DNA of 64,000 bases from assembly GCA_031411295.1 (NCBI GenBank), contig JANOAV010000059.1:19477-83476 (forward strand), in the 5' to 3' direction. Origin of the DNA: Verrucomicrobiales bacterium (lineage in GTDB: Bacteria > Verrucomicrobiota > Verrucomicrobiia > Verrucomicrobiales > V1-33). The notes below the pieces were generated by a model. It saw only the letters and a program-made list of their open reading frames with translations, was not told the origin of the DNA and did not search any database. A program made the translations under genes and the position numbers. Positions 45,043-55,120 of the stretch are shown here, in pieces; the stretch's first letter is position 1; each line of letters begins with the position of its first letter.

Positions 45043-46347
45043 ATGAAATCCCCCCAATCATCCAACCGCCGCTTCTTCCTGCGGGCCACCGGCGTGAGTC
45101 TGGCCCTGCCGTTACTCGAATCCCTCGGCGGCCGCCTCTTTGCGCAAAACTCTGCGGTCGGCACCCTGGCCGGAAAGTCTGTCACGTCGGATCGCCCGCA
45201 GCGCATGGTCTGCGTCGGCAACCTGCTGGGATTTGTCCCGCAGTCGTTCTTTCCCACCAAAACAGGAGCGGACTACGATCTACCCGTATCGATCGAAGCA
45301 CTCAAGGCCCACCAAAAAGATTTCACCCTCTTCTCTGGACTTGATCATGGTGTGAAGGGCGGCCATTTTGCCATGAGTTCCTTCCTCAGCGGCGTGCGCA
45401 CAGCCGATGCCAAAGGCATGCCGGAGGGCAACATCACGTTGGACCAGCGGGCGGCTGAAACGATCGGCGGAGCCACCCGGTTCCCCACGCTCGCGCTGGG
45501 ATCAGAGAGCGGCATTCATGGTGGCTGCCTCATGTCGTGGACCCGCAGTGGAACGCGCGTGCCTCCCATCAGCACACCGCGTGAGTTGTTCCGGAAACTC
45601 TTTGTGACTGATGGCGCCGCAGATTTGGCAACCTCCTTGGATCGCCTCGATCTGAAAGGCTCGATTCTTGATGCGGTGCAGAGCGATGCGAAATCCCTCG
45701 AACGTCATCTCGGCCAGCGGGATAAAGAGAAACTGGACGAGTATTTCACCTCCGTCCGTGATGTCGAAAAGCAAATTGAACTACGCCGAAAGTGGGCGCA
45801 CGTGCCCAAGCCCGATCCAAAGATCGACGAGCCGAAGAACAAGGATTTCGTTTCCGATCTGCCTGTGATGTATGACCTCATCGCGCTGGCCTTGCAGACC
45901 GATTCCACTCGCATCGCCACCCTCGAGATCGGTGGTGATTTTGAAGCAGCCGCGTTTGAACTGAAGTCGAGCTATCACGCCCTGTCGCATCACGGCATGC
46001 GGGAGGAAGCCATCGCTGGCCTTGTCAAAATGGAGCGCTATCAGACGGAACAGTTCGCTCGCTTCCTCACCAAACTTAAATCCATCGAGGACGGCTCCGG
46101 CACACTGCTGGATTACTCAATGGTGCTCTTTGGCAGCGGCATGGGCAACGCCAACTCTCACACGAACAGCAACCTTCCTATCATCCTAGCCGGAGGCGGA
46201 TTCAAGCATGGCCAGCACCAAGCCCATCCGGCCAAGGGCCCGAGTCACCAACCGCTGTGCAATCTTTATCTATCGATGCTGCACCGTTTCGGAGCAGAGG
46301 TCGAAAAATTCGGCACTAGCACCAGCACGCTCACAGGTCTCGCCTGA
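45043..46347 (+). CDS. DUF1552-domain protein
   Basis: NRRFFLRATGVSLALPLLES leader; SILDAV, DKEKLDEYFTSVRDVE, YHALSHH, GSGMG...H...NLP..LAGG. Confidence 0.88.
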   Translation: MKSPQSSNRRFFLRATGVSLALPLLESLGGRLFAQNSAVGTLAGKSVTSDRPQRMVCVGNLLGFVPQSFFPTKTGADYDLPVSIEALKAHQKDFTLFSGLDHGVKGGHFAMSSFLSGVRTADAKGMPEGNITLDQRAAETIGGATRFPTLALGSESGIHGGCLMSWTRSGTRVPPISTPRELFRKLFVTDGAADLATSLDRLDLKGSILDAVQSDAKSLERHLGQRDKEKLDEYFTSVRDVEKQIELRRKWAHVPKPDPKIDEPKNKDFVSDLPVMYDLIALALQTDSTRIATLEIGGDFEAAAFELKSSYHALSHHGMREEAIAGLVKMERYQTEQFARFLTKLKSIEDGSGTLLDYSMVLFGSGMGNANSHTNSNLPIILAGGGFKHGQHQAHPAKGPSHQPLCNLYLSMLHRFGAEVEKFGTSTSTLTGLA

Positions 46348-46418
46348 GACAGCTAGGCCCCATTCGACCCATAGGACTAATTCGCTGGATCACCCGATTC
46401 CCAAAATCACTCACAAGC

Positions 46419-48914
46419 ATGCTACCTTCACGACCCTCCGCTAAACCATGGGGACTTCTGATCTTCCTGTCTTTTGCCGCTCATCTTTTTGCCGGCCCTT
46501 CTGAGTTCCAGCATTTCCTGAAAACCTACTGCAATGACTGCCACGGAGCAGAAAAGCAAAAAGGCGACCGCCGCTTCGACCAACTCGCACTTCCAGTCGC
46601 CAAACTCGACACGCTGATCGAACTCAAAGACATCATCGATCAGATCAACCTTGACGAAATGCCGCCCAAGAAAGCCAAGCAGCCTTCAGCGGCAGAACTC
46701 AAAGCATTTCTTGAGCAAACAACCCAGGCGCTCACCGAGGGCCGAGAGAAACTCGCCAGCACCGGTGGCAGCACCGTGTTGCGTCGCTTGAATCGCCACG
46801 AATACATCAACACCATTGGCGATCTGTTCAGCCTAAACATGGCGGCCTTTGATCCGACGACGAAGTTCCCTCGCGATCAATCCGCTGAGCACATGGAGAA
46901 CCTTGGTGATGTGCTCCAAACCTCAGGCTACTTGCTCGACCAATATCTCGAAGCGGCGGACGCGGTGGTGGAAAAGGTCTTTGCTCTGCAGAAACCTCCA
47001 ACTGAACAGACATGGCACTTCACGGGCAACTTCAAGGGCGACTCAGATTCCAAGAGGAAGCGAAACGATTACAACAACCTGCACCTGCTGGTGGAGGAGT
47101 GCATGGATTCGGAGAAGCATGTCAGCGGCTATGCCTTCATCCACGATTTCCAAGAAGGCGTTCCTGTGGACGGCTTCTACGAGGTTCAGGTGCTCGTCAA
47201 AGCGATGAATCGCCAACATCCGTATGACCCTAAAATCTTCGGCAACGATTCTCGCGAGCCCTTCCGTCTCGGCATCGTGCCGGGTGATGCGAAACTCGGC
47301 CCGCTGGAGCTTCCGCAACCTCAGCAACCGATGCTGGCGGAAGTCGCGCTGGATGATGGCGATGCAAAGTGGATCACGCTGAAGGTCTGGCTCGATGCCG
47401 GGCATACACCACGATTTGTTTTCCCCAATGGTCCCAAAGACGCCCGCAGCACGTGGTTCAAGATTGCCGAAAACCACAAGGATCTCTGGTCAACCGCAGA
47501 AGCAAGAAGGGCCAGCCAGAAGAAAGCAGGTTTCAAGGAAAAGGACCGGATCGGTATCGTGGAAGCGCGTGAAATCACGTTGAAGGTCTGCAAGTTCCCA
47601 CACATCCGTATCGACGAAATTAAGATCTGCGGGCCCATCGTTGAGCAGTGGCCGCCAGTGACACAGCGCACCGTTTTGGGTAAAGATGCCTTTGTGCCCG
47701 AGAAGATGCGTGACGTGCTCCAGTCATTCGCTGGTCGCGCTTACCGCCGCCCGGCCACGAAAGATGAGGTCGATCGTCTCATGGCCGTGGCCGAGAAGCG
47801 CATCAGCACCGGCCATTCAAAGCTGGATGGTTTCAAAGCCGCGCTCAAGGCCGCGCTTTGTTCACCCACCTTCATTTATCTCTCTCAAGACACCTCGAAG
47901 GAAAAGCGACTGACCAACCATGCTCTCGCCTCACGCCTTTCCTACTTTCTCTGGTCCACCATGCCGGATGCGGAGTTGCTCAGCCAAGACCTCACGAAAC
48001 CCGAGGTTCTCCTCGCACAAACACGTCGGATGCTCGCCAGTCCGCGTTCGAATGCCTTCGTGTCAGGCTTTCTCGACAGTTGGTTGAACCTCCGCAACCT
48101 CGGTGGCATGCCGCCAGATCGGGGCGAGTTCGAGGAATACTACTCCAAGGGATTTCAAGAAGGCTTCAAGACCGAAACGCGGATGTTCATGCGCGACCTC
48201 ATCGAGCGCGATGCCAGCATCGTGAACTTCCTCGATAGCGACTACAGTTTCGTCAACCAACCGCTCGCCACGCATTACGAACTCGGTGAGTTGGGCGATC
48301 CCGCTAAAGCCCACGAGTTTCGCAAAGTCAGCTTCAAGACGGACAAACGCGGTGGCCTGCTCGGCATGGGCTCCGTTCTCACCATCACCGCGAATGGCAT
48401 CGAGACCTCACCTGTTGTGCGTGGCGTTTATCTGCTGGAAAACATCCTCGGCACTCCGCCACCACCACCGCCGGATGATGTGCCCGCGATTGATCCCGAT
48501 GTGCGTGGAGCCAAATCCATCCGCGAGTTGCTCAGCAAGCATCGCGAGTCAGCGAACTGCGCAGGCTGCCATCAGAAGATCGATCCGCTTGGCTTTGCAT
48601 TGGAGAGCTTTGATCCTGTCGGCGGTTATCGTTCGCGCTACGACAAAAACAAGGACATCGACACCAGTGGCGAGCTACCCAGCGGAGAAAAGTTCGCTGA
48701 CGTCTCCGGTCTGAAGAAGATCCTCGTCGAGCGCCAAGATCGCTTTGCCCACATGCTTACCGACCGCCTGCTCACCTACGCCTGCGGCCGCCGCATCACC
48801 GCTCTCGATGAACCCACCGTGCAGAAAATCGTCACCGAACTGCCGAAACACAAACAAGGCCTGCGCTCGCTCATCGAAGCCGTGGTGACCAGCGATCCCT
48901 TTCTGAATCGATAA
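46419..48914 (+). CDS. DUF1592/DUF1588 multidomain planctomycete-type cytochrome c protein
   Basis: CNDCH..MPP, RRLNRHEY.NT, LASRLSYFLWS.MPD, TSPVVRG, CAGCHQKIDPLGF.LE.FD. Confidence 0.88.
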   Translation: MLPSRPSAKPWGLLIFLSFAAHLFAGPSEFQHFLKTYCNDCHGAEKQKGDRRFDQLALPVAKLDTLIELKDIIDQINLDEMPPKKAKQPSAAELKAFLEQTTQALTEGREKLASTGGSTVLRRLNRHEYINTIGDLFSLNMAAFDPTTKFPRDQSAEHMENLGDVLQTSGYLLDQYLEAADAVVEKVFALQKPPTEQTWHFTGNFKGDSDSKRKRNDYNNLHLLVEECMDSEKHVSGYAFIHDFQEGVPVDGFYEVQVLVKAMNRQHPYDPKIFGNDSREPFRLGIVPGDAKLGPLELPQPQQPMLAEVALDDGDAKWITLKVWLDAGHTPRFVFPNGPKDARSTWFKIAENHKDLWSTAEARRASQKKAGFKEKDRIGIVEAREITLKVCKFPHIRIDEIKICGPIVEQWPPVTQRTVLGKDAFVPEKMRDVLQSFAGRAYRRPATKDEVDRLMAVAEKRISTGHSKLDGFKAALKAALCSPTFIYLSQDTSKEKRLTNHALASRLSYFLWSTMPDAELLSQDLTKPEVLLAQTRRMLASPRSNAFVSGFLDSWLNLRNLGGMPPDRGEFEEYYSKGFQEGFKTETRMFMRDLIERDASIVNFLDSDYSFVNQPLATHYELGELGDPAKAHEFRKVSFKTDKRGGLLGMGSVLTITANGIETSPVVRGVYLLENILGTPPPPPPDDVPAIDPDVRGAKSIRELLSKHRESANCAGCHQKIDPLGFALESFDPVGGYRSRYDKNKDIDTSGELPSGEKFADVSGLKKILVERQDRFAHMLTDRLLTYACGRRITALDEPTVQKIVTELPKHKQGLRSLIEAVVTSDPFLNR

Positions 48915-48938
48915 CTTCCGCTCCCCAGACAATGACAC

Positions 48939-50167
48939 TAGTGGTTTAAATCAGCAGACTTGAAGGGTAAAGTCTACGCAGCTTTATGCGAGCGTCACTG
49001 GTGGTAAATTGCCAATCCGTGCCAACTTGCATTTGATTCCTGCGTTGCTCCCAAGCAGCCAACTCTCGCTGCATGGTCTCACGATCTGCGAGACGTCTAT
49101 CCAAGCACTGGCGCTGCGCTACGCCGATTTCTATCTCCGCCATGTTTAGCCAACTTCCGTGCTTGGGAGTGTAGTGCCATTGGATGCGGTTTTTGAGGCG
49201 CAACGCCTCCTCTGGCAGGAACGCTTCGTATAGTGACGTGGCGCTGTGCGTATTCAGATTGTCTTGCACGAGGATGATTTTCTGCGCCTTGGGATAGAGC
49301 TCATCACAGAGATACTTGATGGTCATGGCGTAATCTTTGGCGGTTCTCGTTCCTGTTAGCCTGGTCACTCTGGAGTGTTCCAGCGGGCTGTAGAGCATGA
49401 ATCCGCTACAGACACCAAATCTTTCGTATTCATAATCTTCTCGTGCCGTGAGACCCGGTAAACATGGCTGTCGTGCTCGCACCTCACCAATGAGTTGTTT
49501 GCAAAATTCATCCAAGCACACCAAGGGGCGCGATGGATCCTGTGGCCGGGCGTAAACCTCTAGCACGTCTTCCATCGCACAAACAAATGCGGCATTCTGT
49601 TCCGGGGGAATGCACCAACTTTCAACTCGCCATGGCTTGAGTTCGTTTTTTTAAAATCCGTCCGACCGTGCTGTCGCTAATGGTCTCGACGATCTTAAGT
49701 TCGACTAATTTGGCGCCAAGCAGATGAAGCGTCCAGTGGTTAGCGCCCTCTGGAGGCTGGCTGCAGGCAGTGGCGATGAGATGGGATTCGGTCGTGGCAT
49801 CGAACTTTGAACGTGGGATGCTGCGATGGATAGGCCAGCCATGCAGCGCGACCTGAAGTCCATGTTCACAAAGCGCACAGCGTGTTCGTTCGATGGTGGA
49901 AATGCCAACATCTAGCACGCGGGCAATATCTTCATCAATGCACTCACCGCCCGGGCGTGAGGCATCAGCAGCGAGTAGGATCTGCGCCCTGAGACGTTTA
50001 GTGCGGGCAGCTTTGCCTTGGTTGACGAACAATGCTAACTCGGAGCGCTCATCGGCAGTTAAGTGGATGCGGTATTTTTTCATATCGGCCTGTAATAGCA
50101 CAACAGAGCTCGATCATTAAGATAAATTAACTAATCCACCCTTCTTTTTTCGTGACTCGGACCACTA
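48939..50167 (-). mobile_element. IS630-family insertion sequence, apparently intact
   Basis: Imperfect terminal IRs (CTAGTGGTttAaaTCA...GAAGGGT vs CTAGTGGTccgAgTCA...GAAGGGT); TA at 48939-40 and 50166-67; HTH ORF plus DDE ORF. Confidence 0.92.
48946..50083 (-). CDS. IS630 transposase split by a probable programmed -1 frameshift
   Basis: ORF A (MKKYRIHL..ILKK) joins at TTAAAAAAAC (about 49645-49654) to NELKPWRVESWCIP..MEDVL..CLDE..QDNLNTH..TPKHGSWLNMAEIE. Confidence 0.88.
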
Positions 50168-50194
50168 GTCTCCGGCGGGCAAGGGGCGGGGACT

Positions 50195-51319
50195 TTAGAT
50201 TTGGGGGCCGAGGTTGGCCCATTTTTGGTGGATGGCGGCGTAAACTTTGGGGGAGATCTCGCTGGGCTTGATCTCGCTGCGGCCGCCCCAGAAGACGTTG
50301 GTGTAGGTGACGGGGATTCCTTCTGCTGCCAAGTGTTCGTCGATGGCGGCTTTGTGTTCGAGGACACGCTCTTTTTCGGTGCCGTGGATGACGGCCATGA
50401 TGTTGACGTTGCCGAATTTCGGTCCGCCTTCGCGCCAGTAGCAGTGGGTGAGGATGTGGTGGCGACCTACTTCGGCTCCAGCGCGTTGCTGCATGCCGGG
50501 GGGCACGGCCCAGTGAAACAGTCCGTTGAATCGGGTGACGCGCTGGCCGGTGCTGGAGGGTTTGACGTGTTCCAGAAAGGTGGAGAAACGGCCGACGGCG
50601 CGTTTCTCGTTTAAGGAACGGGCGACTTCGATGAATCGTCCGCGGGGGATTCCCATTTTGGCTGCACGACCACCCCAGGGATCCGGGCAGATTTCGTCGG
50701 GGGTCAGCTCTTCCTTCAGTTCGAGCAAGACGTCCCATTCCTCCGGTGTTAATTCCACAGTGGAGGTGGTTTCCATGCGGGCGGGGCCTTCGGAGCGTTC
50801 TCCGGGTTCCATGGTCTTGCGTCGCACGTGGCCCACGCCGAGGGCGAAGATGCCGTTGGCTGGCATGAGGATGTATTCGTGGGCTCCGGTGAGTCGCTTG
50901 AGGGTATCGGCGTGCTCGTTGAGGGATTTGCCTTGAGGAACTTTTAGCGTGGTCCAGAGGCGATATTCGGAGCCGGAAATCTCACGGTCGGTGGAGCGGG
51001 TGACGACGTGACCGCTGAACGGGTCCTCACGGAACATGAAATCGAAGGTGGCGTCGAGTTTGTCCGGATCTACGCGCCAAGCGGTGAGCGCTCCGTGGGC
51101 CAGTTTGGTGGCGAGCATGGTTTGGCGGACGCGGCGGATGACGCCCGCTTCCAGCATGGCGCGAATGCGTTCGAGGACGGTATCCAGCGAATGCCCGCTT
51201 TTCTCGGCAATCATTTGGAAGGGCCATTCTTGGAATCCTCCGACGAGGTCTTCTGAGACGGCTAAAATCTCGGCATTGGTGGATTCGGTGTGTTCCGTGG
51301 GGATGGGGGCGGTTGTCAT
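50195..51319 (-). CDS. Duplicated Lrp/AsnC-like protein (fused AhbA/AhbB or NirDL-like siroheme decarboxylase family)
   Basis: Two HTH + AsnC halves (GVIRR..GHVVTR; AVGRF..THCYWR..MAVIHG). Confidence 0.7.
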   Translation of the reverse strand: MTTAPIPTEHTESTNAEILAVSEDLVGGFQEWPFQMIAEKSGHSLDTVLERIRAMLEAGVIRRVRQTMLATKLAHGALTAWRVDPDKLDATFDFMFREDPFSGHVVTRSTDREISGSEYRLWTTLKVPQGKSLNEHADTLKRLTGAHEYILMPANGIFALGVGHVRRKTMEPGERSEGPARMETTSTVELTPEEWDVLLELKEELTPDEICPDPWGGRAAKMGIPRGRFIEVARSLNEKRAVGRFSTFLEHVKPSSTGQRVTRFNGLFHWAVPPGMQQRAGAEVGRHHILTHCYWREGGPKFGNVNIMAVIHGTEKERVLEHKAAIDEHLAAEGIPVTYTNVFWGGRSEIKPSEISPKVYAAIHQKWANLGPQI

Positions 51320-51390
51320 GTTGGGGGCAGGTCGCATTGATTTGAGGGAGCGTCAACTAGTGGGTGGATCGCACAAAATGGGCAGGGTGG

Positions 51391-52917
51391 CTACGCTTGG
51401 TGTCGGAGTTGGCGGGAGGGGACGGCGGTTTTCGGGGGCGATGGCGCGGAAATTAGGTTTTTGGGTAAATGTTTCGCCAGCCAGTTCGGGGCCTGATCGG
51501 CGGTGCGGCCTTTGGTGTAGTCTTGCCAGAGATTGGTGGCGGCCACCGTGGCGGGACACTGGAGTTTTTCAGTTAGGTAGGAGAAGAGAAATTGGCTTAA
51601 CCGCATGAGCGCGACACTGTCGCTGGCTCCGATGGCTTGATGCAGCCAATCGCTCAGCTCGATGAACTTGGCGAACGGGGAGTCAGTGCCTGCCATGAGC
51701 AACGGCAAGGTGGTGAGGAAGTTGCCGCTGTTACCGATGAGATCCCAGTATTTGGCAAAGCGTCGGAGGCGCTGCAATTCGGTGAAGGAAATGGTGCTGG
51801 TTTGCAGGACTTCGTAGGGCGGATGCGGGGCGTAGATCATGCCATATTCGGCATCGTGACGGATGATGGGGGTGCCGCGCAGGCGTTTGAGGATTCCTAC
51901 CTGAATTTCCTGGGGGCGCATGGCATAGAGGCGGTCGAAGCCTGCTCCGAAGCTGGCTGCGTCCTCGCCTGGCAGGCCGACGATGAGGTCGGCGTGAATA
52001 TGCACGCCGGTTTCGGTTCGCAGAAAGGCAAAGTTTTCGGCCGTTTTGACGTGGTTGTTGCGACGGGAAATATTCTTTGAGGCAAGTTCGTCGAACGTCT
52101 GAATTCCGACTTCAAATTGGAGGGCTCCAGAGGGGAATTGAGTGATGAGTTCCCGGAGACCTTCGGGCAGGCGATCGGGGATCATTTCGAAGTGGAGGAA
52201 CATGCCCTCAACCCAGTGTTCGAGGAAGAATTGGAGCAGGCTGCGGCTGGTCGGCAGATGCAGATTGAAGGTGCGATCGACAAATTTGAACTGCCGCAAG
52301 CCACGGGAAATCAAGGTTTCCAGCGCTGGCAGGAGTCTGTCCAGGGGCACTGTGCGCACGGGGATATCGAGCGAACTGAGGCAGAATTCGCAGGTGAAAG
52401 GGCAACCGCGAGAGGCTTCGACATAGACGACTCGGGAAGCGATGTCGGCATCGGTGTAAAGATGATAGGGAAGCTGCAGTTGGGCAAAATGCGGCAGGGC
52501 GGCGGGAATGATCTTCTCGCTTGGAGGAGTGCCTGTTAGAATCTGCTGGCACAGCTGAGCGAAGGCTAAATCGGCTTCACCAGTAATGGTGTAGTCTGCC
52601 AATTGGACGATTTCCTGTTCGGCGGTTTCGTAGCTGACTTCTGGCCCGCCTAACACGAGGATGAGATCAGGTCTCAGGCGTTTGAGATTGGCCACGATGG
52701 CGAGGGATTCGCGAACATTCCAAATGTAGATGCCTAGTCCGACAATGCGCGGTTGCCGGTCGAGGATGGCCTCGACGATGTCCAGCGTTCTTTGCTTGGT
52801 GGTAAACTCCAGAATCTCCGCCTGGGCTGCCAGTTCCCCCAGATTGGCCATGAGATAGCGCAGGCCAAATGAGGCGTGGCTATAGCTGGCGTTGAGGGTA
52901 GTTAGGAGAATGGCCAT
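51391..52917 (-). CDS. B12-binding radical SAM protein (DUF4080-like C-terminus)
   Basis: YIWN, LGGPEVSY, EASRGCPFTCEFCLSS, KFVDRTFN, HADLIVGLPGE. Confidence 0.9.
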   Translation of the reverse strand: MAILLTTLNASYSHASFGLRYLMANLGELAAQAEILEFTTKQRTLDIVEAILDRQPRIVGLGIYIWNVRESLAIVANLKRLRPDLILVLGGPEVSYETAEQEIVQLADYTITGEADLAFAQLCQQILTGTPPSEKIIPAALPHFAQLQLPYHLYTDADIASRVVYVEASRGCPFTCEFCLSSLDIPVRTVPLDRLLPALETLISRGLRQFKFVDRTFNLHLPTSRSLLQFFLEHWVEGMFLHFEMIPDRLPEGLRELITQFPSGALQFEVGIQTFDELASKNISRRNNHVKTAENFAFLRTETGVHIHADLIVGLPGEDAASFGAGFDRLYAMRPQEIQVGILKRLRGTPIIRHDAEYGMIYAPHPPYEVLQTSTISFTELQRLRRFAKYWDLIGNSGNFLTTLPLLMAGTDSPFAKFIELSDWLHQAIGASDSVALMRLSQFLFSYLTEKLQCPATVAATNLWQDYTKGRTADQAPNWLAKHLPKNLISAPSPPKTAVPSRQLRHQA

Positions 52918-52946
52918 GGAGGCAGACCTGTAGCCGTGGGGGTGGA

Positions 52947-53378
52947 TTAGACGGCGGGGGGCTCGTCCTGAGTGCGTTGTCGGGCGGGGAGGATGGCGCA
53001 GGCTCCTTTGCAGCCGAAGATGCGGCTGAAGACCAAACGATGGCGACTAACGAATTGATAGAATTTCTCTGCGATGAGGATCACGCCAGGAATCCAGAGA
53101 ATCAGGGCGACTGGAACCATCAAGGGCAGTCGCATCCCGACGAAACGCAGGGCCCGCGCGCCCCGGTAAATGCGGCCGTTTTTGGCGATGCAATGGATGG
53201 CTTCCAGTAAGTCTTCTCGGGAAATGGTGGGAGCGAGAGCTTGCGCACGTTCACTGGACACTGGAATCAAGCTGAGTGAGCCAAACCAATCCAGCCAAGT
53301 CAGCAGTTTCATCTGGAAGGTGCAGAGCGGGCATTCGTCGTCATAGAGGACGGTATGTTTGGATTCGGTCGTGGTCAT
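52947..53378 (-). CDS. DCC1-like thiol-disulfide oxidoreductase (DUF393)
   Basis: VLYDDECPLC motif; YRGARA; Y.FVSRHR. Confidence 0.85.
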   Translation of the reverse strand: MTTTESKHTVLYDDECPLCTFQMKLLTWLDWFGSLSLIPVSSERAQALAPTISREDLLEAIHCIAKNGRIYRGARALRFVGMRLPLMVPVALILWIPGVILIAEKFYQFVSRHRLVFSRIFGCKGACAILPARQRTQDEPPAV

Positions 53379-53438
53379 GCGTGGAATGGACACGCATCCT
53401 GCCGAAGCACAAAAGGAATTCTGGCCCAGGCGGGCAGC

Positions 53439-54326
53439 TTAAAGATCGTCGTTGTAGGACGTGCTGATGGTGGCTGGCGGGGTGCTGCCGCCATCGATGG
53501 CAGGCGCGGTCAGGCCAGCGGCCAAATTCGTGGTCAATTCCGTCCACCAAGCGATGCGATCGGCCTCTTCCTCTCTGAGTAAATCCTGTTGCGGGCCGGG
53601 GAGGTAGGGTGCCAGTAAATCTTCGATGGGGGTCCGGGCAGTGGTTGGACTGAGCGTGGGAGCATCACTAACTGTTGGGCCGCCCGCTACTGATGGCGTG
53701 GGTGTCACCTTGGCCGTAGGGCTGGGCACGGTGGGCGTTGGCTGTGGCGTTGGTTCTCCGACCCGGGTAGGGTTCTGTCCGCCGAGGTCTGTTAAAAAAT
53801 TAGTGCGGGTATCCGGTTGATTGCGGCCAGCTTCGATCAGTGCCCCGTTGGCTTGGTTGCCATTGTCGAAGGTGGGGGAAGCGGCGGGCAGCGGCAGCGG
53901 ACGAAGGTCGCTGGTCGTCAGATTCATGGAGGGGTGGTAGTCGGCGGTATTCTCTGCGAGGACAGCGAACACTTGATCTTGTTGTTCTTCCGTCAGATCC
54001 AACAATTTGACCAGCCGTGCGAGTTCGTGATTTGCCTCTTGCTCTACCTTGGCAGCCCGGCGTTCTAATTCGCCCTGGGAAATTTCAGGAGGTAGGTTGC
54101 TGAGGTCGTTGCGCGGCCGGTTGGCAGATTTTGCATGAGCGACGGCGGGAGCAGGAGTGATGGGGGCGGGAGCGGTGGGCGAGGAGGCCACTGGCAGGGC
54201 CTGCGCAACCTTGGGGGCCATCTTCTGGGCTGGCTGGTCAGCCACGGAAGGAGTCTCCTTCTGGCGGAAGGCCAGGTAGGAAAGAACAACCGTGAGGAGA
54301 ACGAGGGAGGAGAGCAGTAATTTCAT
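53439..54326 (-). CDS. Membrane-anchored Pro/Thr-rich hypothetical protein
   Basis: N-terminal TM; LDLTEEQQ helical motif; P/T-rich linkers. Confidence 0.65.
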   Translation of the reverse strand: MKLLLSSLVLLTVVLSYLAFRQKETPSVADQPAQKMAPKVAQALPVASSPTAPAPITPAPAVAHAKSANRPRNDLSNLPPEISQGELERRAAKVEQEANHELARLVKLLDLTEEQQDQVFAVLAENTADYHPSMNLTTSDLRPLPLPAASPTFDNGNQANGALIEAGRNQPDTRTNFLTDLGGQNPTRVGEPTPQPTPTVPSPTAKVTPTPSVAGGPTVSDAPTLSPTTARTPIEDLLAPYLPGPQQDLLREEEADRIAWWTELTTNLAAGLTAPAIDGGSTPPATISTSYNDDL

Positions 54327-54379
54327 AAAAAGGGGGCGGGGAATGAAAATCAGAAAACGCGGGAGAAGGGAAGCAAAAT

Positions 54380-54835
54380 TTACTGTTGGTGCATCGAAAG
54401 CAGTGATTTTTCTGGTTCTGTGAGGAGATTGGCGAAGCGTTGGAGGATGCGTCGTTTCAATTCTTCCCGCATTTTTTGGAGGCGGGCCAACTGGTTTGGA
54501 TTGAGGTAGGGGGCAAACCCATCGTGCGCCTTCAGCACTTGCAAATGCATCTGGAGCAGCGCTCGCTCGCGGTTCTGGGCAATGGATTGCTCCGTCTGTT
54601 CGAGCACGCTGGTGACGCTTTCCACTTGTTGTGGGGTTAGGTCCAGCTGGGCATTCAATTTGGCCAGGGCGCTGGCTTTCCAGGCGTCAGCCGCCGCACT
54701 GGTCTCCGTGGTGGTGATGACCGTAACCGCATTGGCCTGGCGCTTGCCATACAAATAGCCGATGCCACCGCCGCTGGCGAAAATAACGCACAGGCAGCAG
54801 GCGATTCTCCAGTATCGGCTGAGGAAGGATTTCAT
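54380..54835 (-). CDS. Periplasmic helical protein (LTxxQ, Spy/CpxP-like)
   Basis: TM IFASGGGIG; LDLTPQQ and LNPNQ motifs. Confidence 0.65.
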   Translation of the reverse strand: MKSFLSRYWRIACCLCVIFASGGGIGYLYGKRQANAVTVITTTETSAAADAWKASALAKLNAQLDLTPQQVESVTSVLEQTEQSIAQNRERALLQMHLQVLKAHDGFAPYLNPNQLARLQKMREELKRRILQRFANLLTEPEKSLLSMHQQ

Positions 54836-54838
54836 AAA

Positions 54839-55120
54839 TTAAAGTCCGGGCATGCCTGGCACATCCAGCACGGGAATGGATTCGGGGGCAGGATTGCCTG
54901 CGCTCCAAGTGGCCACCAAAGCGTAGGCCATCATGGCGGCACAGGCACCGCGGAGCGACCAGCGTTGCCAGAAGGCGAAGGTCGGATTTTCCTGAGCCGC
55001 CTTCCACTGGGCTACGACTCGAGTGGCGAATCCAAGGGGAGCGGTAACTTCCGTCGCCTCCATCGGGGCGGTGCGGGCTTGCGCGATCAGCGCCTGCCAA
55101 GGGTCGTGGGGTTGCTTCAT
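54839..55120 (-). CDS. Putative anti-sigma factor
   Basis: 4-nt overlap with the ECF gene; APLGFATRVVA motif plus TM helix. Confidence 0.7.
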   Translation of the reverse strand: MKQPHDPWQALIAQARTAPMEATEVTAPLGFATRVVAQWKAAQENPTFAFWQRWSLRGACAAMMAYALVATWSAGNPAPESIPVLDVPGMPGL

